NCBI GenBank assembly: GCA_963696385.1
Contig: CAVOKF010000008.1
Location: 64,001 to 128,000, forward strand
DNA: 64,000 nt
Direction: 5' to 3'
Source of the DNA: an uncultured delta proteobacterium
GTDB taxonomy: Bacteria; Myxococcota_A; Polyangia; Polyangiales; Polyangiaceae
Positions 57,561 to 64,000 of the stretch are shown in pieces. The notes beneath the pieces are model-generated. The model saw nothing but the letters and a program-made list of their open reading frames with translations, ran no database searches and was not told where the DNA came from. Within the stretch, counting starts at the first letter, position 1. Each line of letters begins with the position of its first letter. A program made the position numbers and the translations under genes.

Positions 57561-58601
57561 ATGTTCGGTGCTGTAGAGTCGAGCCTATCCGGCGCCGCCG
57601 TCCGGGCGTGCATGGCTGCGGCGCTGCTTTCGTGCGGCGGCGCACGATCCCCGATCCCCGCCCGCGCCACGCCGAATCTCGACCCGCAGTGGCAGGATGT
57701 CTTCGACACCCCGCCGATGATTCTGGTCGCCGTCCGGCCGGATGCCCTGCGGCGCGACACGGTGTACGGCCCGCTGTTGCGCCGGGTGCTGGAGCTGGCG
57801 CGTGAGCGCAGCCGGATCGTGACGGCGACCCGGATGATCGACGCCATCGTCGGGGCCGACGAGGTGCTCGTGGGCCTCGACTCCGGCGGGCCCGAGCCGA
57901 CCGGAGACGGCGATCTGGTCGTAGTCGTCATCGGCGTTCGCGCGGATGTGGATCCCGCAGAGATCGTCGACGCCGACGGATACCCGCAGTGGTCGCCGGG
58001 ACCGAGTGGCCAGGTCCGTGAACTCGTCCGTCAGCGCGACGAGACGGGGCAGCCGATCGAGGCGTCCCTCTTCGAATTGCCGGGCCGCACCTGGGTCATC
58101 GCTTCGGGCCCGGAGCGCGATCGGGTTCGCGACGTGTTCGCGCGACCGCGAGGCCGCAAGGACCCCGTCGCCCTGGATCCGGACGCTCTGGCTCTGCTGC
58201 GGATGGACGGACGCTCGCTCGTCTCCCGGGTGCCCGTACTGCGGCCGCCGTCGGCGCTGTCGGCCGTCGGCCGTGCCATGCGATCGCTCACCCTGGAGCT
58301 CACGGCACGAACGACGACGCCGGTGCGCGCGATCCTCGATTACGCGGCGCCGGACGAAGCCCGCGAAGCCGAGCTGGCCGTGCGCACCACGATCGACGCC
58401 ATCCGGCGCGAGAAGCCTGCGCGCCTGGGATGGCTCGGAGAGGCGACCGTCGACCGAGCCGACGCAGGGACGCGCGTGACCGTCGCGGTGGCTTTGCCCG
58501 CGGGACTCGCGGCCGGCCTGTTGGGCCGTTCGGGTGCCCTGAACGAGTCGGGGGCGGCACCTCATGCGGTGAGCAAGCCGGCGCAGCGTGACGCAATGTA
58601 G
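57561..58601 (+). CDS. Hypothetical (lipo)protein between cmk and rpsA
   Basis: Long ORF on the operon strand with AAALLSC lipobox-like motif. Start uncertain. Confidence 0.6.
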   Translation: MFGAVESSLSGAAVRACMAAALLSCGGARSPIPARATPNLDPQWQDVFDTPPMILVAVRPDALRRDTVYGPLLRRVLELARERSRIVTATRMIDAIVGADEVLVGLDSGGPEPTGDGDLVVVVIGVRADVDPAEIVDADGYPQWSPGPSGQVRELVRQRDETGQPIEASLFELPGRTWVIASGPERDRVRDVFARPRGRKDPVALDPDALALLRMDGRSLVSRVPVLRPPSALSAVGRAMRSLTLELTARTTTPVRAILDYAAPDEAREAELAVRTTIDAIRREKPARLGWLGEATVDRADAGTRVTVAVALPAGLAAGLLGRSGALNESGAAPHAVSKPAQRDAM

Positions 58602-58632
58602 CCGTTCGGCGTCCGAAGACGCCTACGCCCCT

Positions 58633-58661
58633 TTGACAGCACTGGTTTCGCGCGCTACACG
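58633..58661 (+). promoter_or_regulatory. Sigma70-like promoter upstream of rpsA
   Basis: TTGACA-N17-TACACG, about 115 bp before the ATG. Confidence 0.5.
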
Positions 58662-58776
58662 CCCGGGTCCGGAAACTCGTGGTGGGGATTGGTCCGTCCT
58701 CCGCCGCAAGCGAGCTCCGCACCCCACTCACGCGTGCTCGCACGCATCGCGGACCGTCGAGGAATTTCCCGAACCC

Positions 58777-60622
58777 ATGTCGACCGAGACCCCCACAGCC
58801 CTGAGCTTCGCAGGCAAAACGACGGAGCAGACGGGAAGCCAAGCCGATAGCTTCGCCAGTCTTTTCGAGGCCAGCATCAGCGCCGGCGACTTCGGCAAAG
58901 AAGGCGAGATTGTCCGAGGTACGGTTGTCGCCGTTCAGCGCGACAACGTCGTCATCGACATCGGTGGCAAAAGCGAAGGGGTCATTGCCCTGAGCGAATT
59001 CTTGGACGCCCAGGGGCAGCCAAGCGTCAAGCCGGGCGATCAGATCGACGTCTACATCGAGAGCCGAGAAAACGACGACGGCCTCGTCATGCTTTCCAAG
59101 GAGAAAGCGGACAAGATGAAGGTCTGGGATGAGATTTCGGCCGCGTGCGAGCGCGACGAACTCATCGAGGGGACCATCAGCCAGCGGGTGAAGGGCGGCC
59201 TCTCCGTGACCATCCGCGGCGGCGTGAAAGCGTTCTTGCCTGGATCGCAAGTCGATCTGCGGCCGATCCGCAACTTGGACAAGCTCATCGGGCAGACCTA
59301 CGAATTCAAAGTCATCAAATTCAACAAGAAGCGTGGCAACATCGTTCTGTCACGCCGCGTGCTGCTCGAGAGGGAGCGCGATCGAGCAGAAGACGAAGAC
59401 TCTCGAGACCTTGGAAGAGGGCAAGGTCGTCCGCGGCGTCATCAAGAACATCACCGAGTACGGCGCCTTCGTCGACTTGGGCGGCATCGACGGACTTTTG
59501 CACATTACGGACATGAGCTGGGGCCGCGTCAATCATCCCTCGGAGCTCTTCCAAGTCGGCGACGAAGTCACGGTGCGTGTCCTCAAGTACAACCCGGAAA
59601 CCGAGCGCGTCTCGCTGGGACTGAAGCAAACTCAGGAAGATCCTTGGAGCCACGCCGAGGAGGCGTTTCCACCCGGCAAGAAGGTGCGGGGCAAGGTTCA
59701 ATCGATCACCGACTACGGCGCGTTCGTCGAGCTCGAGCCGGGCGTCGAGGGACTCATCCACGTGAGCGAGATGTCGTGGACCAAGAAGGTCAAGCATCCG
59801 AGCAAGGTTCTCGAAATCGGACGGGAGCTCGAGTGCCAGGTTCTCGAGGTCGACGCCAAGAGCAAGCGAATCAGCCTCGGTCTCAAGCAGCTCGAGCCCG
59901 ACCCTTGGACGATCTTCACGGAAAAGTACAAGCCGGGCGACAAGATTTCGGGCAAGGTGCGCAGCATCACCGACTACGGCGTGTTCATCGGGGTCGAAGA
60001 AGGCGTCGATGGCATGGTCCACAAGAGCGACATCTCGTGGACCGCGAAGGTCAACAACCCGAGCGATCTTTACAAGAAGGGCGACGACGTCGAAGCCATC
60101 ATCCTCAGCATCAACCACGACGAGAAGAAAGTCAGCCTCGGGGTCAAGCAGCTCTGGGACGACCCGTGGCCCACGATCTTCAACGATTTGCCCCCCGGCA
60201 AGGTCGTCTCTTGCAAAGTGCTCAGCGTCGTCGACTACGGCGTTTTCGTTCACGTGCGCGACGGCGTCGAGGGGCTCATTCCGCAGAACGACCTGGTCCT
60301 CGCCAAAGACGAGACGGGAAAGGACAAGACGCTTCGCGCCGGCGATGAGCTCGAGGCCGAGATCGCGAACATCGACACGCAGGAGCGGCGCATCACGCTG
60401 TCGATGAAGCACGGCGAGCCCGCGCCCGTATCGGCCGCAACGACGAGCAGCGAGGCCAAGCCGGCGGCCGCCGCGCCTCGGACGAACACCAAGGCGCCGA
60501 AGAAGACCGCGGCCGCCGAGGCCCTCGGAGGCACCATCGGAGAGCTCATCAAGCAGAAGCTCGGCAACAAGCTCGCCACGATCGGTACCGAGAAGAAGGA
60601 CGACGAGAAGAAGGACGAATGA
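58777..60622 (+). CDS. rpsA: 30S ribosomal protein S1, split by a 1-nt frameshift near 59382
   Basis: DIGGKSEG and AFLPGSQVD in the first frame; YGAFVDLGGIDGLLHITDMSW and further S1 repeats in the second. The frames join as LLERERD-EQKTKTLE if one base is removed. Confidence 0.96.
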
Positions 60623-60737
60623 GTCGGGGCGGCGGGCGCGCGGACGAGCGCGCCCGGACGCCTCCATCCAAACCGGCGGACGGCCGCATGTTACGGGTCC
60701 GGAACCGCCCGAACCGACGCGAGTGAGCGGCGAGACC

Positions 60738-61313
60738 ATGTCCGAACGGCTTTGGGCTCCTTGGCGGATGGAATACATCCTGCGGGACAAGGACAGCGGG
60801 CAGGCCTGCATATTCTGCCATCTCGCCGCGATTGCGCCGTCCGCGTTTCGCGACAAGCTCGTCCTGGTCGTCCAGCCCCACGCATTCGTTTGTCTGAACC
60901 GGTACCCGTTCGCCGGTTCTCACGTGCTGGTCGTGCCGCGCGCCCACACGTCGAACCTCGACGAGCTGTCCAACGACGCCTACGTGGCTCTCCTGACGCT
61001 GGTGCGCGAGTCGGTCGCCCGGGTCCGTCGGGCCACCGAGGCGGAAGGAATCAACGTCGGGCTGAACCTCGGCAAGGCGGCGGGCGCGGGGATCGCCGAG
61101 CATCTGCACTGGCACGTCGTGCCCCGATGGGCCGGGGATTCGAACTTCATGCCCGTCGTCGCCGACGTGCGGATCATGCCGGAGTACCTCGACCACTCGT
61201 GGCAGCGGCTCGAGCCTTGGTTCGCCGATCTGTCGGGAGAGCACCCGGTTGACCCGACACCTTCCGAGTCCGCGCTGCGATCGGTCCCCGTACGGCCGAA
61301 CGATCGGAGATAG
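60738..61313 (+). CDS. HIT-family nucleotide hydrolase (Ap4A phosphorylase-like)
   Basis: LWAPWRMEYI, CIFC and HLHWHVVPRW motifs. Confidence 0.92.
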   Translation: MSERLWAPWRMEYILRDKDSGQACIFCHLAAIAPSAFRDKLVLVVQPHAFVCLNRYPFAGSHVLVVPRAHTSNLDELSNDAYVALLTLVRESVARVRRATEAEGINVGLNLGKAAGAGIAEHLHWHVVPRWAGDSNFMPVVADVRIMPEYLDHSWQRLEPWFADLSGEHPVDPTPSESALRSVPVRPNDRR

Positions 61314-61328
61314 CGCGACCGAACGGTT

Positions 61329-63998
61329 TCAGTGAAAGTCCCGGCTCATGGCGGGCATGTCGTGAAGACCCAGCTTCGTCAGACGATCGGGAACGACGTA
61401 GACGACGTCGCCTTGTTTTTCGATTTTACCGTCCACGGCGAGCAAAGCGCTCGTCGTCACGACGTGTCGCCAACGATCGAACGTCTTGGCCCAAAGGATC
61501 AGATTGACGAAACCCGTCTCATCCTCGAGTGTGATGAACACGACGCCGCTCGCCGTCGCCGGCCGCTGCCGGCAAATGACCAGGCCCGCGGTGCTCACGC
61601 GGGCCCCGTTCGCTAGGGCTGGCAGATCGCGCGCTGTCTTGAATCGCGCCGGCAAAGACGAACGGACGACGTTCATCGCATGGTCACCGACGGCTACCCC
61701 CGTCGCTTCGTAATCGAGCACGAGCTGCTCGGCGCGAGACATCTGCGGAAGCTCGGGCATGGGGTCGTCCCGATCGATGCCCGCCAACAGGCCTCGCTCG
61801 CGTGGAGATCTCACTTCCCAGATGGCCTCGCGCCGCACCAGACCGAAGTTCTCGAGGGCCCCGGCCCTCGCAAGCGCTTCGACGTCGCGCTTGCCCAAAT
61901 CGGCGCGCGCGATCAAGTCCTCGATGCTCGCATAACGACGATCGCACCGGGCTCGCTCGATTCGCCGGCCTACCTCGTGGCCGAGCCCTTTCACGAGTCT
62001 CAACCCCAAGCGCAACGCCGGGGGATCGGCGTCCGTCGCCGGATCGCCCCCTTCGAGCGTACAGTCCCAAGCGCTCGCATCGACGCGAACGGGCAGGACT
62101 TCGATGCCGTGTCGCTCCGCGTCGCTGATGATCGACGCCGACGAATAGAAGCCCATCGGCTGGCTGTTGATGAGAGCCGCGGCGAATGCCGCCGGATGAT
62201 GCACTTTGAGCCACGCGCTCACGTACACGAGAAGCGCGAAGCTTGCCGCATGACTTTCCGGGAATCCGTACTCGCCAAAACCCTCGATCGACCGATAGAG
62301 ACGCTCGCCGAAATCGCGTGAGATTCCGTTGTTCTCGAAGCCTGCGAGAAGTCGGCTCCGATGGCGCTCGAGCCGACCGTTGCGGCGCCACGCCGCCATG
62401 TCGCGCCGGAGCTGGTCCGCCTCACCTCCGGTGTAACCGGCTCCCACGATGGCGAGTTGCATCACCTGCTCTTGGAATAGCGGCACGCCCAGCGTTCGAT
62501 CGAGCACGGGCGCGAGCTTCGGGTGCGGCAGGTCCACCGCCTCCTCTCCGGTACGCCGTCGCAGATACGGATGGACCATCCCGCCTTGAATCGGACCCGG
62601 ACGGACGATGGCGACCTCGATGACCAGATCGTAGAAGCATCGCGGCCGCAACCGCGGCAGCATCGCCATCTGTGCGCGGCTTTCGATCTGAAACACGCCG
62701 ACCGTGTCGGCCTTGCAGAGTGCGTCATACACGCGGGGGTCCTCCGCCGGAACGCGCGCAAGCCGGTCGATCGCCGTCGGCGCTGCCAAGCGCGCGTCGG
62801 TCTGCGCCATCGCCAGGGCTTTACGGATCGCGGTCAGCATTCCGAGGCCGAGCACGTCGACCTTGAAGAAGCCAAGCGTGTCGAGATCGTCCTTGTCCCA
62901 TGGGACGATGGTCCGGCCGGGCATCGTCGCCGGCTCGATCGGGGCCACACTCGTCAGCGGTTCGGCGCTCAGCACGAACCCTCCCACGTGGATCGACAGG
63001 TGCCGCGGGAAACCTTGAATGGCGCGAGCGAAGCCAAGCACTTGGCGAATCCGCCAGTCTCGAGGATCGAAGCCACACGCGACGATGCGGTTCTCCGGGA
63101 TCTCGTCGATCTTGTCCCACCATGCGACCAGAGTGCTCAACCGTTCGACCTGCTCGAGCGACAAGCCGAACACTTTGCCCACGTCACGAAGCGCGCTCTT
63201 GCCGCGATAGGAGATGACCTCGCTCACCATAGCGGCGCGATCGCGCGAGTAGGTCTCGTAGATGGCCTGAATGACCTCCTCCCGGCGCTCGTGCTCGAAG
63301 TCGACGTCGATGTCGGGCGGCTCGTGACGGTCGCTCGATAAAAACCGCTCGAACAGCAAGTGGCTGCGCACCGGATCGACCGCGGTGACGCCGAGGCAGT
63401 AGCACACGGCGCTGTTGGCGGCGCTGCCGCGTCCCTGGCAGAGAATGTCGCGCAAGCGGGCCATTTGGACGATGCTTCGGACACTCAGAAAGTATTTCGC
63501 GACCTGCATACCGGCGATGAGCGCGAGCTCCTTGTCGATCTGCGATCGAACGCCGTCTGGAACGCCCTCGGGGTAACGGCTCTTGGCCCCCTCGTACGTC
63601 CATCGCCGGAGTGCCTCATCGACCGTCTCGCCCGGCGTCATCGTGTCCGCGTCGACTTCATAGGGAAATTGATAACGAATCTCGCGGAGCGAAAAGCGGC
63701 ACGCGCTCGCGATCTCGCCCGCGCGATCCAGCCACGCCGGTCGATCGGAGAAGAGCCGTTGCATGTCGGCCCGCGATTTCAGGTGGGCCTCGCCGTTGGG
63801 CAGCAGAGCGCGCCCCGCTTCGTCGAGCGACACGACCTCGCGAATGCAATGCAGCACGTCGAACAACGGCTTGTCCGCCGGATCCGAGAACAACACCCGG
63901 TTGGTCGCACACACCGGCACGCCAAGATCGCGGGCAATCGCCTCGGCACGTCGGACCCGCGTGCGGTCCTCGCCATCGAGGTGGCGCCAAGCCGCGAT
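61329..63998 (-). CDS. dnaE2: Error-prone DNA polymerase DnaE2/ImuC (5' truncated by window)
   Basis: GRGSAANS, PPDIDVDFEH, RHLSIHVGG and YGFPESHA motifs, plus the diagnostic C-terminal SRDFH. Frame is open to the window edge. Confidence 0.96.
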   Translation of the reverse strand: MAAWRHLDGEDRTRVRRAEAIARDLGVPVCATNRVLFSDPADKPLFDVLHCIREVVSLDEAGRALLPNGEAHLKSRADMQRLFSDRPAWLDRAGEIASACRFSLREIRYQFPYEVDADTMTPGETVDEALRRWTYEGAKSRYPEGVPDGVRSQIDKELALIAGMQVAKYFLSVRSIVQMARLRDILCQGRGSAANSAVCYCLGVTAVDPVRSHLLFERFLSSDRHEPPDIDVDFEHERREEVIQAIYETYSRDRAAMVSEVISYRGKSALRDVGKVFGLSLEQVERLSTLVAWWDKIDEIPENRIVACGFDPRDWRIRQVLGFARAIQGFPRHLSIHVGGFVLSAEPLTSVAPIEPATMPGRTIVPWDKDDLDTLGFFKVDVLGLGMLTAIRKALAMAQTDARLAAPTAIDRLARVPAEDPRVYDALCKADTVGVFQIESRAQMAMLPRLRPRCFYDLVIEVAIVRPGPIQGGMVHPYLRRRTGEEAVDLPHPKLAPVLDRTLGVPLFQEQVMQLAIVGAGYTGGEADQLRRDMAAWRRNGRLERHRSRLLAGFENNGISRDFGERLYRSIEGFGEYGFPESHAASFALLVYVSAWLKVHHPAAFAAALINSQPMGFYSSASIISDAERHGIEVLPVRVDASAWDCTLEGGDPATDADPPALRLGLRLVKGLGHEVGRRIERARCDRRYASIEDLIARADLGKRDVEALARAGALENFGLVRREAIWEVRSPRERGLLAGIDRDDPMPELPQMSRAEQLVLDYEATGVAVGDHAMNVVRSSLPARFKTARDLPALANGARVSTAGLVICRQRPATASGVVFITLEDETGFVNLILWAKTFDRWRHVVTTSALLAVDGKIEKQGDVVYVVPDRLTKLGLHDMPAMSRDFH

Positions 63999-64000
63999 CG

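Noticed and set aside
50619..60622. smc and rpsA as pseudogenes or programmed frameshifts
   Set aside because: Both halves are otherwise intact, the genes are core, and no slippery site is visible; single-base sequence error is more parsimonious.

Overview
High-GC bacterial chromosomal segment. The gene content (Hanks kinase with DUF4388/MshEN-like tail, PEGA protein, DAG-repeat lipoprotein, pilR-pilin pair, dnaE2) suggests Myxococcota, probably Polyangiaceae-like; this is inference, not a database result. From left to right: the 3' end of gatA; a metallophosphoesterase; a 1.15-kb non-coding mosaic of inverted and tandem repeats; a minus-strand phosphate-starvation cluster (Ser/Thr kinase, phoR, a ceramide-glucosyltransferase-like GT, pstB-pstS-pstC-pstA-phoU, a porin) with two Pho-box-like sites; truB, a TPR lipoprotein, glnD, a cytochrome c lipoprotein and a desaturase; tRNA-Leu(CAG) with a duplicated 3' end; pyrC-carA-rimO; a type IV pilin locus (pilR, sigma54 promoter, two tandem pilins) separated from a third pilin-like gene and a PilG/XapA-like gene by an ~8.5-kb glycosyltransferase/methyltransferase/radical-SAM cassette; nagZ, ddl, PP2C; an orphan FlhA/SctV gene; smc (frameshifted); a CIRCE-preceded FmdB-family gene; a degenerate pheA, cmk, rpsA (frameshifted), HIT and partial dnaE2. 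The best candidates for undescribed systems are the pilin-embedded glycan/radical-SAM cassette and the Pho-box-linked glycolipid synthase plus MshEN-like kinase coupled to the pst operon. No CRISPR array, rRNA or intact transposase was seen.
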